A stretch of DNA of 62,358 nucleotides, filler included, from 7 parts of 7 records of this genome joined end to end with filler, not necessarily neighbours in it; one strand, 5' to 3'. Shown: positions 29,708-39,937, numbered from the whole stretch's first letter. The notes: a model not told the origin generated them from the sequence alone. Made by a program: numbers and translations.

Positions 29708-31033
29708 ATGATCGACGCAACGCTTTCAACGCAACAACTGCATGTGCGCTGCACTAGCCTGCAAGCGGCGGGTGTGGTGTTGTCTGGTGAAATTCAATGT
29801 GTGTTGAATTCAGGCGAAGTGCATGTGTTGCGTGGCGCCAATGGTGTTGGCAAGTCCACCTTGTTGCGTGCACTGGCCAATGCCTTGCCGGGGCAAGCCA
29901 TGTTGTTCAAAGCGGAATACGGTTTGCGCGATGAACTGCTGGTACACGACCATTTGCAAAACCTGTTGGCGCACTTGAACCGGGCGCACACCGACATGGC
30001 GCATATTCTTGCGCAGGTCGGCCTGAGCGATTGGCAACACGAGCGAATCGGTACGCTGTCATCCGGGCAAAAGGCTCGCTTGGGTTTGTGTACATTGCTG
30101 GTGTCGCCTTTCAGGGTATGGCTGTTGGATGAACCTTTGAACGCGCTGGATACCGAAGGCCAGCAGGTGTTGGCCAAAGCCCTGGAACAGCATCTGCAAG
30201 CGGGTGGTTTCGTGTTCATGGCCACCCATGTTGACCCAGCTGGTTTGTTGCAACAATTGCCCGGTGTGCTCGTGAATGTGGATGTGTTGGCACAAGGGCA
30301 GCTGCGCGGCGATGCCGCCAGTCGAAAACCTGTGTCCCCGGCCAAGCCTTGTTTGTCATTAGAACCCACCGCGAATGTGCCTGTAGGGGCATTGATCAAG
30401 CGTGATTGGGCTGTGCTGTGGGGCAACCCCCAGGCGGTGCTTTGGGGGGCCTTGTTTCACTGGATGGTATTGAGTTTTTTCGGAATTGGATTGGGAAAAA
30501 CCAGCGTGGAATTTGCGCAAGTGGCCACTTGGGTAAGCTTGCTGCTTGCCGTACTGCTGGGTGCAAAAGACTGGTTTGCCGAAGACCAGCGCGTGGGCTG
30601 GATTCGTTTTCTGACCCAGATAAATCCGGGCATCACCGGCACCTATTGGCTGGTGCGTGTGTTGTACACAGCGTGTGCCCAAATGCTGGTGTTGGTGCCT
30701 GTTACCGGTTTGGCGGCTTTGCAGTTCGGTTTGAATGGCGCGCAGGCGCTGCAGTTGATTTTCGCCATGGTGGCGGGGGTGTGGGCCATTGCGCCCTTGC
30801 TGGGCGTGATTGGCCTTCTGGTGATGCTGACCCGCGGTGGCGCGGTGCTGGTGTATCTGTTCGCCTTGCCCCTGTTGGTGCCCATGCTGATATTTGGCCT
30901 TGAGGCCAGCCAGGCCGCAGACCTGGGTCGCAGCGCACTGGCCCCGCTGGCGGTGTTGTTCAGTTTGGGATTGTTGGCTTGCTTGCTTGGCCCCGTTGTG
31001 GCCAGGCGTCTTATTCAATTGATACAGGAATAA
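29708..31033 (+). CDS. ccmAB: Fused heme-export ABC ATPase and permease (CcmA-CcmB)
   Basis: Walker A GANGVGKST, LSSGQ, LLDEP and MATH, then in the same frame a six-TM CcmB-like domain (FAEDQRVG, LALPLLVP-type motif FALPLLVPMLIFG). Confidence 0.85.
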   Translation: MIDATLSTQQLHVRCTSLQAAGVVLSGEIQCVLNSGEVHVLRGANGVGKSTLLRALANALPGQAMLFKAEYGLRDELLVHDHLQNLLAHLNRAHTDMAHILAQVGLSDWQHERIGTLSSGQKARLGLCTLLVSPFRVWLLDEPLNALDTEGQQVLAKALEQHLQAGGFVFMATHVDPAGLLQQLPGVLVNVDVLAQGQLRGDAASRKPVSPAKPCLSLEPTANVPVGALIKRDWAVLWGNPQAVLWGALFHWMVLSFFGIGLGKTSVEFAQVATWVSLLLAVLLGAKDWFAEDQRVGWIRFLTQINPGITGTYWLVRVLYTACAQMLVLVPVTGLAALQFGLNGAQALQLIFAMVAGVWAIAPLLGVIGLLVMLTRGGAVLVYLFALPLLVPMLIFGLEASQAADLGRSALAPLAVLFSLGLLACLLGPVVARRLIQLIQE

Positions 31034-31035
31034 CC

Positions 31036-31728
31036 ATGTTTGGGCAGTTGGCTTCTCCGCCGAAATTTCATGCTGTGGCCAGTTGGCTGTGGGTCTGGTT
31101 GCTGCTGGCAGGTATTGTGCTGCTGGCTTTCGGTTTGTACACGGGCTTGTTTTTGGCGCCGGTGGACGTACAACAAGGCGAGGTGTATCGCGCTATTTAT
31201 GTGCATGTGCCTGCAGCCTGGATGTCGATGTTTTTATACCTGGTGGCCTGTGCTTATGCCATGCTGAACTGGGTGTACCGAAGCGACGTGTCTGCAGTCA
31301 TGATGCGGGCTTTGTTGCCCACCGGCGCGTGGATGACAGCACTGGCGCTGATCACCGGGGCTTTGTGGGGAAAGCCCACATGGGGCACCTATTGGGTGTG
31401 GGACGCACGCATGACATCCGAGTTGTTGCTGTTGTTCATTTACCTGGGTTTGATCGCCTTGGGTCAATTGGCCACCGACCCCGCCAAGGCTGATCGCGTG
31501 TTGGCGGTGGGTCTGTTGATCGGTGCGGTGAATATTCCCTTGATTTATCTGTCAGTGGTGTTTTGGAATACCTTGCATCAGGGTTACAGCGTGTCCTTGG
31601 GCGGTAGCCGCATTCACCCTGACATTGCCACAGGCATGTGGCTGAGCGTGTTGGGTTTCTGGCTGATCTGCGCCAGCACGGTATTGAACCGGGCAAGGCG
31701 TTTGTTGGTGCAGCGCCGGTGGCAGTAG
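31036..31728 (+). CDS. ccmC: Heme exporter CcmC
   Basis: IYVHVPAAW, WWD motif WGKPTWGTYWVWDARMT, and TLHQ. Start moved to ATG 31036. Confidence 0.95.
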   Translation: MFGQLASPPKFHAVASWLWVWLLLAGIVLLAFGLYTGLFLAPVDVQQGEVYRAIYVHVPAAWMSMFLYLVACAYAMLNWVYRSDVSAVMMRALLPTGAWMTALALITGALWGKPTWGTYWVWDARMTSELLLLFIYLGLIALGQLATDPAKADRVLAVGLLIGAVNIPLIYLSVVFWNTLHQGYSVSLGGSRIHPDIATGMWLSVLGFWLICASTVLNRARRLLVQRRWQ

Positions 31729-31759
31729 TGTCAATGAAGTTTCAAACAAGGTGTAGACA

Positions 31760-31930
31760 ATGAATTTTGATGCATGGCAAACCGTCTGGATTTTTGTGGC
31801 TTTAAGTGTGTTGGTGTTGCTTGTGGATGGTGTTTTTGCCTTTCGCGCTGGCCCTGATAAAACCGAGTTGGCACGCAAAAGCCAGCGCAACAGCCGTATG
31901 GCCCGCATGGGCAAGGGGAGCTGCCAATGA
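31760..31930 (+). CDS. ccmD: Heme exporter CcmD (56 aa, not in the ORF track)
   Basis: MNFDAWQTVWIFVALSVLVLLVDGVFAFRAGPDKTELARKSQRNSRMARMGKGSCQ*: one TM plus a basic tail, between ccmC and ccmE with an ATGA overlap. Confidence 0.75.
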   Translation: MNFDAWQTVWIFVALSVLVLLVDGVFAFRAGPDKTELARKSQRNSRMARMGKGSCQ

Positions 31931-32334
31931 GCAATGCGCGTGCTTACCGTACCGCCTGGCTGGCTGCCATTGTGGTGGTTGCACTGGGTTTTGGAATTGC
32001 ACTGGTCAAAGTGTTCAATGACAACCTGGTTTTTTTCTACACACCCACACAAATATTGAGCGGTGAAGTGCCCAAGGGCGAGAAAACCTATCGTTTGGGC
32101 GGCATGGTTGAAGTGGGCAGTGTTCAACGCGAAGCCGATTCATTGAAAGTGCGTTTTGTGGTCAGTGACATGAATAAAAAAGTACCGGTTGAATTCAACG
32201 GCATCGTTCCCGATCTGTTCAAGGAAGGCACCGGCGTGGTGGCCGATGGCCAGTGGGACGGAAGCACCTTCGTGGCTTCTGAAGTGTTGGCCAAGCACGA
32301 TGAAGATTACATGCCTCCCGGAGTCGACAAGTGA
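31927..32334 (+). CDS. ccmE: Heme chaperone CcmE
   Basis: FFYTPT, RLGGMV, PDLFKEG and LAKHDEDY (HxxxY). Confidence 0.95.
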   Translation: MSNARAYRTAWLAAIVVVALGFGIALVKVFNDNLVFFYTPTQILSGEVPKGEKTYRLGGMVEVGSVQREADSLKVRFVVSDMNKKVPVEFNGIVPDLFKEGTGVVADGQWDGSTFVASEVLAKHDEDYMPPGVDK

Positions 32335-34322
32335 TTTCATTTATATCGCAGTTCAGCCTGGCATTGGCCACTGTGCTGGCCTTGTTCGGTGCCGTGGCCG
32401 GCTTTGCAGCGGTGCGTGGTGTGTATACCCATGAACCTGCGGTGCCTTTGCTGGTGTCATTGCAGCGCAATGTGTTGCTGGTTTCCGGCTTGGTCAGCGT
32501 AGCCTTTCTAGGGCTGATTTATTCATTTGTACTTAGCGACTTTTCAGTTCGCAATGTGGCTGAAAATTCCAACCTGGCTTTGCCGGTGTTTTACAAGGTT
32601 GCTGCCAGCTGGGGTTCCCATGAGGGCTCCTTCTTGCTGTGGGTGCTCATGTTTGCGGGGTGGACGCAGGCGGTGGCATGGTCAGGTTTTGAAGTGTCTG
32701 CATGTTTCAAGGTGCGTGTGTTGGCAACCTTGCAATTGGTGTTGGTGGGCTTTTTGTTGTACCTGCTAACTGCCAGCAACCCTTTTGAATACCTGAACCC
32801 CACGCCAGTGGATGGCCGCGATTTAAACCCGCTGCTGCAAGACATCATCATGATTATTCACCCCCCCATGCTGTACATGGGTTATGTGGGTTTTGCCGTT
32901 ACTTTTGCCTTTGCCGTGGCGGGGCTGCTTGAAGGGCGTTTCGACATGACCTGGGCGCGCTGGAGCCGCCCCTGGACCAATGTGGCCTGGGCTTTTCTCA
33001 CGGTAGGAATTGCTTTGGGTAGCTGGTGGGCTTATCGCGAACTGGGTTGGGGCGGTTGGTGGTTTTGGGACCCGGTTGAAAATGCATCCCTGATGCCCTG
33101 GCTGGCTGGTACGGCCTTGATTCATTCACTGGCCGTGTCTGAAAAACGGGGCGCACTGCGCAGCTGGACTTTGCTGCTGGCACTGACAACCTTTGCCTTG
33201 TCCTTGTTGGGTACATTCCTGGTTCGCTCGGGTGTGCTTACTTCCGTACACGCATTTGCCACCGACCCTGAACGTGGCGTGTTCATTCTCGCCTTGCTGT
33301 TCATCGTGGTGGGTGCTTCTTACATTCTGTACGCGCTTAAAACCGGCGAGGTGGGGCAGGGTGGCAACTTCAAAGCCACCGGGCGTGAATCGCTGTTGTT
33401 GTCGAACAATGTGTTGATGAGCGCTGCGCTGGTTGCCGTCATGCTGGGCACACTTTACCCCTTGGTCGTCGAGGTAATTGGCGGGCGAAAAATGTCGGTG
33501 GGGCAGCCTTATTTTGAAGCCATGTTCGCCCCCATTTTGCTGCCCGCTGTGTTGCTGATGGCACTGGGCCCTGATTCACGCTGGCGCGAAACCCGGCTTG
33601 CTCAGTACATCAAACCCGGCGCAGTGGCTTTGGGTGCTGCTGTGCTGGTGTTGCTGGGTGCGTCATTGTTCAATGGCCACTTCAGCCTGCTGTGGGCGAT
33701 TGGCGTGGTGTGTGCTGTGTTCATGGCGGTGGCCACGCTGGCCCACGCGGCAGCGGCCACACGCAAGGCTGGTGCAGCGGCACCTGAAAGTGGCTTGCTT
33801 TACCGCATTCGCCGTTTGTCCCTTTCCTACTGGGGCATGGTACTTGCGCATTTGGGCGTGGCTGTGTTTGTGGTGGGTGTTAGCTGGGTAAAAACCTTCG
33901 AGACTGAAACCGATGCTGTGTTGAAACCGGGCGAAACCAGCGAGATTGGCCCGTGGCGCGTCACCTTCATTGGTGTTGATTCTGTGCAGCGACAAAACCA
34001 TGTGGCAGCACTTGGTGTGTTCGAACTGACGCGTGGCGAAGGCAGATTGATTCACTTGCTCGAACCCGAGAAGCGGCGCTACCAAAGTTCGGAACAGATC
34101 ATGACTGAATCTGCCATTCACACCGACTGGTTTTCTGATGTGTATGTCAGCCTTGGCGACGCCGTGCAAAGCAGCACCAGCAGCGGCGCCTGGGGTGTGC
34201 GCTTGTACTACAAACCGTTGATCAACCTGATTTGGCTGGGGTGTGCGCTGATGGCACTGGGTGGTTTGCTTACTGTGTTTGATCGCCGTTACCGGCCCAG
34301 AAAAAATGCGGTGGCAACATGA
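32331..34322 (+). CDS. ccmF: Heme lyase CcmF
   Basis: WGSHEGS, LNPLLQ, HPPMLY, WGGWWFWDPVENAS and SVHAFA. Confidence 0.97.
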   Translation: MISFISQFSLALATVLALFGAVAGFAAVRGVYTHEPAVPLLVSLQRNVLLVSGLVSVAFLGLIYSFVLSDFSVRNVAENSNLALPVFYKVAASWGSHEGSFLLWVLMFAGWTQAVAWSGFEVSACFKVRVLATLQLVLVGFLLYLLTASNPFEYLNPTPVDGRDLNPLLQDIIMIIHPPMLYMGYVGFAVTFAFAVAGLLEGRFDMTWARWSRPWTNVAWAFLTVGIALGSWWAYRELGWGGWWFWDPVENASLMPWLAGTALIHSLAVSEKRGALRSWTLLLALTTFALSLLGTFLVRSGVLTSVHAFATDPERGVFILALLFIVVGASYILYALKTGEVGQGGNFKATGRESLLLSNNVLMSAALVAVMLGTLYPLVVEVIGGRKMSVGQPYFEAMFAPILLPAVLLMALGPDSRWRETRLAQYIKPGAVALGAAVLVLLGASLFNGHFSLLWAIGVVCAVFMAVATLAHAAAATRKAGAAAPESGLLYRIRRLSLSYWGMVLAHLGVAVFVVGVSWVKTFETETDAVLKPGETSEIGPWRVTFIGVDSVQRQNHVAALGVFELTRGEGRLIHLLEPEKRRYQSSEQIMTESAIHTDWFSDVYVSLGDAVQSSTSSGAWGVRLYYKPLINLIWLGCALMALGGLLTVFDRRYRPRKNAVAT

Positions 34323-34888
34323 TCAAGAAACGTTTGCGCTTGTACTTGCCAATTTTGGTGTTGCTGTTTCTGGGCGTGTTTTTGCTGCGTGGTTTGTGGC
34401 TTGACCCCAAAAAATTGCCCTCGGCCCTGATTGGCAAACCTGCACCTGCGGTGGTGTTGCCTGTGCTCAGTTTTACCGGGCCAGCGGCGGGTGCTGTGCA
34501 GCTTGCCGACATTCAAGCCATGCAGAATATCGATGCATTGAAAGGCCAACCCTGGGTGTTGAATGTGTTTGCTTCCTGGTGCCAAGCCTGCCTTGTTGAA
34601 CACCCACATTTTATTGCCCTGGCCAAACAACAGAAAATCAAACTGGTGGGTTTGGCCTACAAAGACGACCTGGCCAACACCCGCCGCTGGCTGGCGCAGT
34701 ATGGCAATCCTTATGATTTGATCTTGATTGACCAGCAAGGCCAGTACGGCATTGAATTGGGTGTGTATGGCGTGCCCGAAACTTTTTTGATGAGTGCCAA
34801 CAACACCATTATTCACAAGCAGGTGGGGCCAATTCCCGCCGATTACTTTGACAGCATGGCACTGCCTGCCATCGAGGCTTCCCGATGA
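34319..34888 (+). CDS. ccmG: Thiol:disulfide interchange protein CcmG/DsbE
   Basis: PSALIGKPAP, FASWCQAC and GVYGVPETF. Confidence 0.93.
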   Translation: MIKKRLRLYLPILVLLFLGVFLLRGLWLDPKKLPSALIGKPAPAVVLPVLSFTGPAAGAVQLADIQAMQNIDALKGQPWVLNVFASWCQACLVEHPHFIALAKQQKIKLVGLAYKDDLANTRRWLAQYGNPYDLILIDQQGQYGIELGVYGVPETFLMSANNTIIHKQVGPIPADYFDSMALPAIEASR

Positions 34889-35298
34889 ATGTGAACGACC
34901 TGAATGCAGTTGAAAAAGAACATTACAAGGAAGTGGCCAGCGAGTTGCGTTGCCTAGTGTGCCAAAACCAGTCGCTGGCCGATTCGCATGCTTCTTTGGC
35001 AGTCGATTTGAAAGAGAAAATCGCTGAACAAATTCGCGCCGGGAAAACCAGTGAAGAAATCAAAAGCTACATGCAAGACCGCTATGGCGAGTTTGTGATC
35101 TACAAACCTGCTTACAGCATGGAAAATGCGGTGCTGTGGCTGGGGCCTTTTGTGGTGCTGGTTATTGCAGTGGTATTGGCACGCAAGGTGGGCAAGGGTG
35201 GGGGTGTAAATGGAATATCGAAACCCCCGGCTACTGAAGCAACCACAGCTTGGGCTGAAAGCCTGTATGTAAAAATGAAAAACAAGAAAGACGAATAA
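34885..35298 (+). CDS. ccmH: Cytochrome c biogenesis protein CcmH (CycL-type)
   Basis: LRCLVCQNQSLADS, RYGEFV and LWLGP. Confidence 0.93.
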   Translation: MNVNDLNAVEKEHYKEVASELRCLVCQNQSLADSHASLAVDLKEKIAEQIRAGKTSEEIKSYMQDRYGEFVIYKPAYSMENAVLWLGPFVVLVIAVVLARKVGKGGGVNGISKPPATEATTAWAESLYVKMKNKKDE

Positions 35299-35545
35299 GC
35301 ACCAGCGGTATTACCGCATTTGCGGGCTAACCTTTTTTTTGTTGAACAAAGCTTGTTGGGGATGGTACTTAAGAATTAAGACCTGAGGAAAAGTCGCGCT
35401 TTCAGCCTGCTGACATATTGATTGATAGTACGTTGTCTTGGCTTCGGTTGGTCGTATGTAACCCAGTGGCTTTGTAAAATTGCACAGATTTTATAAACAA
35501 CAGGTACCTATTAATAAAAAATTTTCTGCAAAAAAGGATGTCTGT

Positions 35546-36427
35546 ATGGTGGCCTCAGTAAATAGAACCCAACAATCCCAAAGTTATACAGATGAGGTTA
35601 ATTATAACGATGCCAAACGCCACATCCAAAATGAAAATGGAGTGACCAAAGAAGTATTTGGACGATACATCAAAGCTGAATTTGGTGATGTGACACCACA
35701 AGGTGCAATGGCTTTATTTGATGAAATTGATGCAAACAATTCTGGCGGTCTGCGTGAAGCGGAGTTCAGCAGGTGGGCTGCCAATTCAACAGTTGGTATC
35801 TCATCTGTTGGTTCTTCATCCAATACATCTGGTGCTGGCAGCAGCGTGTCCACCAATGGCGTAGATGCCACTTTTGGGAATTATAAAAAGTTGACAAGAG
35901 TCGATGGTGGCACGGACAGTTTTAACAACGTTAAATCAGACTACCTGGTCATTGTAGAAAGTCACGGCAGGAATGCCTCCGACCGTGTAGAGGCAAACGA
36001 GCTTCCAAAGGTTACAGGCGCCAAGCTTGTCAGCTTCGGTGGTAGTCACGACAAATACATCGCACTGTACAAAGTTACCGATTCAAACGTCTCAATCACT
36101 GGCGATGGTGGTTCTGGACAGGCGCTTTTCATCAATACAGACCAGCAGGTAAGTCTTAAGGCAAAAGGGGTTGATCCTTCTCTCGGTAGTGAAAAACTGA
36201 AGGGGCCTTCGAAGGCTAATGAACTGGTTATTTATGCCGAAGATGAAGGCGGAAAAGGCGCTAAGACAAACGGTGTCGCTGATCGTGATCGGTTTTTCAA
36301 ATCATATGCAAATGGCAGTTTTGGTTCGGGTGATGACCTTATCTATGTGATCGATAATCAGCTATCGGCTAACAATGACAAGGGGCCTAACCTCAATGGG
36401 GCAGCCGGTGTTTTGACATTCACATAA
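35546..36427 (+). CDS. Hypothetical protein with an EF-hand-like loop
   Basis: Likely start MVASV (35546) after AAAGGA. Contains DANNSGGLREAE, a Ser/Gly-rich linker and a beta-rich C-terminus. Confidence 0.65.
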   Translation: MVASVNRTQQSQSYTDEVNYNDAKRHIQNENGVTKEVFGRYIKAEFGDVTPQGAMALFDEIDANNSGGLREAEFSRWAANSTVGISSVGSSSNTSGAGSSVSTNGVDATFGNYKKLTRVDGGTDSFNNVKSDYLVIVESHGRNASDRVEANELPKVTGAKLVSFGGSHDKYIALYKVTDSNVSITGDGGSGQALFINTDQQVSLKAKGVDPSLGSEKLKGPSKANELVIYAEDEGGKGAKTNGVADRDRFFKSYANGSFGSGDDLIYVIDNQLSANNDKGPNLNGAAGVLTFT

Positions 36428-36452
36428 TCCATTTGGTCAATTGCCCATTGAC

Positions 36453-39400
36453 TCAGCAGTTTTGAAGCAAATCCCGAATTTTCTCGAATTCGGCCTCCAG
36501 CAGTTCTTTGCCAGTTTGAACAATGCTGTCGTCAGTTTCCTGTGCGGCGGTTTCTATCAAACCGCAGGTGTCGGCCAGGGTTTTTGCACACAGTCCAAGT
36601 GCAGTGCCCTTGATTTTGTGGGTCACCCTGATCACGCCTTGCATGTCTGAATTCCTGATCATGTTGTCCAGCTTTTCAAGTTGTTTGCCTTTGTCTGCGA
36701 TGAAGGCCAACAGCAGGTCTTTTGCAAAATCCCTGTCGTTCCCCGTGATTTCATCCAATGCGTTCCAATCAATGGGTGATGTCATGGTTGTCAGCACGGG
36801 TAACTTTTTTCGGCCAGGTTCAAGCCATTTAATCAATGCTGATTTAAGGGTTTCCATGCGCACAGGTTTTACCAACACATCGTCCATGCCAGCGGCCAAA
36901 CAGCGTTCGCGTGTTTCACTTAGGGCATCGGCGGTATAGCCAATAAGTGCTTGTACACGGCGATCAGGGCGAAGGGCTGTAATTTCCCGGATGTGTTGAG
37001 CCACGTCAAAGCCACTCATCTTGGGCATCTGGCAATCACAGATGAACAAGTCATAATCCTTTTCTATCCACTTCGACAAAGCTTCCAGGCCATCACCGGC
37101 CACGTCAACATTGCAACCCATCAGGCCAAGCTGGTTTTTGAGCAATGCCCGGTTGATTTCATTGTCGTCTGCAATCAGGATATTTGCGTTCCTGACGTAC
37201 TGGGGTACATCAATTTTCTTCGAATTCCTCCCGCTTTCGTTTTGCGTGCGTTTTTGGGGTTCGGTTCTTCTCAATGGCAGCGTAACGGTCATGCACGAAC
37301 CTTCGTTAAGCACGCTGTGCAAGGCAAGTTTTCCCCCTAGAAGTTTGGCGAGCCGCTGGGATATCGAAAGCCCAAGACCTGTGCCACCAAATTTCTTGCT
37401 GGTGTCGTGCGCCGCCTGAACAAACGGATCAAAAATCTGATTCTGAGCTTCAGGACAGATGCCAATCCCCGTGTCAATTACTTCAATCACGATTTGTTCG
37501 CTGCCTTGCTCGTCCCGTTTCATTGCTGCATTGAATTCAATTCCACCTTTGTGGGTAAATTTGACGGCATTGCTCAGCAGGTTGAACAAAATTTGTCGCA
37601 AACGCAATGGATCGCATTCCATGGAATGCGGAATGTTTTCATCAAACTTCATGTGCAAATACAGACCCTTGGCCTGTGCAGATTGCGAGAACAGATCTGC
37701 CGCGAATTCAAACGCACTTTTCAGTGACATCGGTTCAAGATTCACCTCCAGTTGTCCCGCTTCAATTTTTGACAGGTCCAAAATATCGTTGATGATGTCG
37801 AGCAATGAATAGGCCGACTGCCGTGTCAGCTTCAGCAAGTGGGCTCGCTCTTTCGCCGCACTGGTTTGTTCCAGCAACTCCGACATGCCGATGATGGCAT
37901 TCAATGGCGTGCGAATTTCGTGCGACATGTTGGCAAGAAAACTGGTCTTGGCCTGATTGGCTGATTCGGCTGCTTCGCGTGCCTGCGCCAATTCAGAAGT
38001 TCTTGTCGCGATACGCTGTTCAAGGTCCGCATTCCAGCCCCGCAGTTTTTCTTCGAGCTTTTTTTGATGGGTGATGTCCCGAGACACTGACAACAATCTG
38101 CCCGGTTTCCCCTGATTGTTGGCAATGGGGCTGATAATCACATCCCACCATTTTTCTGTGCCTTTCATGGTGGGGGTCATTGCTTGAAACCGACCCAGTT
38201 GGCCAGCTTTTGCGCAATTCAGTGCGTCCTGTACTTTGGGCTGGTCTTTCTCGTTCCAGAATGTCAGCCAGTCAGCGCCTTCAATGTCGCAGAAGTTGTC
38301 CACTTCCATAATTTGGCAACCACGTGCTGTCATGAAAAGTAGCTTGGCGTCCAGGTCGAGAACTTTGAGGCAATCGGGGCTGCTCTCAATCATGCTGTTG
38401 ACGAAAGCCATGTTTGCAGCCAGGTCTGTGGTCCTTTTTTTGACCAGTTTTTCGAGTTCATTCTTTCGGTTGTTCAGTGCATTTTCGGCTGCTTTTTTCT
38501 CGGAAATATCAATATGAATGCCATACATCATCAATGGTGATCCATCCTTGGCGCGGCTCACCACGCGGCCATGGGACTGAACCCAAACCCAGTGTCCATC
38601 TTTGTGTTTAAGGCGAAAGGGTTGTTCGAATACATCGATGAGTCCCTGAAAATGCTGCTTCAACATACGTTCCGATTCAAGCAGGTCATCCGGGTGTACG
38701 CGTGATCGCCACACCTCAAGATCAAGTGGTTGAAGCTCTTCAAGTGTGAAGCCCATGATTTGTGCCCATCGATCATTCACAATGATTTTGTTTTCGGGAA
38801 TGTTCCATTCCCAGGTTCCGGCGCTGGTGCCTTCAATAACGCCATGCAGCCTTTTTTTCTCAAGATAAAGTTCTTCTTGCGTTCGCTGGATGTCGGTCAG
38901 GTTTTGCGCGATGTGCAAGTAACCGCTGAACTCTCCGTCCTCGATATGGAGCGGGTTGACTGTCAATTCAACATCGATGTGTTTTCCTGTTCTGGAGATC
39001 AGTGTCCAATAGCGGCGTTCTACCCGCCCATCGCGTGCTTTACCGATCAGGGTGTAATGGTCATTGACAAGGGTTTTTTGAGATTCCTGAAGAAGCTGGC
39101 TTTTGCGAATCAGGATTTCGTTGGGTTCATGGAAATCAAGTGAATGAAGCTTGTTGATGGCTTGCTCGGCCGTGCATTCCAGCATCAGTTCCGCTGCTTT
39201 GTTGAAATGCGTGATCAAGCCGTCGGGATCGGTCGCAATAACTGCAGCATCTGTTGAGTTTAAAATCGATTGCTGGAATGCATTCTCCGACTTCAATAAC
39301 CTTGCAGTTCGCTTCAGCTCCATTTGCGAAACAACTTGTTTGGCCAGTTGCAACAGGGCTTTTTTTTGCGAATCTTTCAGCTTCCCCGGTTTAAGGTCGA

Positions 39401-39794
39401 TGACGCACAAGGTGCCCAGCGCATAACCGCGCGGGGACACAATTGGTGCGCCCGCATAGAAACGGATGTGTGGTGCGCCGCTCACCAAGGGGTTGTCGCG
39501 AAAGCGTTCGTCCTGCAAAGTGTCCTGGATTTCCATCAATCCTGTTTGGGCAATTGCGTGACCACAAAAGGAGATGTCCCGGGCTGTTTCTGTTTCGTCG
39601 AATCCGATGGTGCTTTTGAACCACTGGCGTTGCTCGTCGATCAACGAGATCAACGCAGTTGGCGTGCCACAAATTTCAGCCGCCAATTCAGCAATGGCGT
39701 CAAATTCGCCTTCTGCAGGGGAGTCCAGTAATTTGTAGCTGCACAAATCCTTGAGCCGGGCGATTTCATTCAGGGGGGTGGGTGCTGGCATCAT
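36453..39794 (-). CDS. Hybrid sensor kinase GAF-PAS-PAS-PAS-HisKA-HATPase-REC-HPt
   Basis: GAF (DISFCGHA, HIRFYAGAP), PAS (VHPDD), FLANMSHEIRTPLN, GGTGLGL, REC DCQMP and HPt HKIKG. Confidence 0.95.
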   Translation of the reverse strand: MMPAPTPLNEIARLKDLCSYKLLDSPAEGEFDAIAELAAEICGTPTALISLIDEQRQWFKSTIGFDETETARDISFCGHAIAQTGLMEIQDTLQDERFRDNPLVSGAPHIRFYAGAPIVSPRGYALGTLCVIDLKPGKLKDSQKKALLQLAKQVVSQMELKRTARLLKSENAFQQSILNSTDAAVIATDPDGLITHFNKAAELMLECTAEQAINKLHSLDFHEPNEILIRKSQLLQESQKTLVNDHYTLIGKARDGRVERRYWTLISRTGKHIDVELTVNPLHIEDGEFSGYLHIAQNLTDIQRTQEELYLEKKRLHGVIEGTSAGTWEWNIPENKIIVNDRWAQIMGFTLEELQPLDLEVWRSRVHPDDLLESERMLKQHFQGLIDVFEQPFRLKHKDGHWVWVQSHGRVVSRAKDGSPLMMYGIHIDISEKKAAENALNNRKNELEKLVKKRTTDLAANMAFVNSMIESSPDCLKVLDLDAKLLFMTARGCQIMEVDNFCDIEGADWLTFWNEKDQPKVQDALNCAKAGQLGRFQAMTPTMKGTEKWWDVIISPIANNQGKPGRLLSVSRDITHQKKLEEKLRGWNADLEQRIATRTSELAQAREAAESANQAKTSFLANMSHEIRTPLNAIIGMSELLEQTSAAKERAHLLKLTRQSAYSLLDIINDILDLSKIEAGQLEVNLEPMSLKSAFEFAADLFSQSAQAKGLYLHMKFDENIPHSMECDPLRLRQILFNLLSNAVKFTHKGGIEFNAAMKRDEQGSEQIVIEVIDTGIGICPEAQNQIFDPFVQAAHDTSKKFGGTGLGLSISQRLAKLLGGKLALHSVLNEGSCMTVTLPLRRTEPQKRTQNESGRNSKKIDVPQYVRNANILIADDNEINRALLKNQLGLMGCNVDVAGDGLEALSKWIEKDYDLFICDCQMPKMSGFDVAQHIREITALRPDRRVQALIGYTADALSETRERCLAAGMDDVLVKPVRMETLKSALIKWLEPGRKKLPVLTTMTSPIDWNALDEITGNDRDFAKDLLLAFIADKGKQLEKLDNMIRNSDMQGVIRVTHKIKGTALGLCAKTLADTCGLIETAAQETDDSIVQTGKELLEAEFEKIRDLLQNC

Positions 39795-39882
39795 GGCGGG
39801 TCTCCTTGATCAATTCGAGCGTGAAGCCTTTGTGTTGACAGGTACCAAACTTGGTTGAATCAGCATGACTAATAATATCACA

Positions 39883-39907
39883 ATTGGTAATATTGGTATA
39901 ATTGGTA
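39883..39907 (+). promoter_or_regulatory. Three 9-bp-period ATTGGTA repeats overlapping an extended -10 promoter
   Basis: ATTGGTA at 39883, 39892 and 39901. TG-G-TATAAT at 39894-39902, upstream of the regulator gene. Confidence 0.7.
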
Positions 39908-39937
39908 GAACCGCTTGCTTGAATTGCAACATTAACA

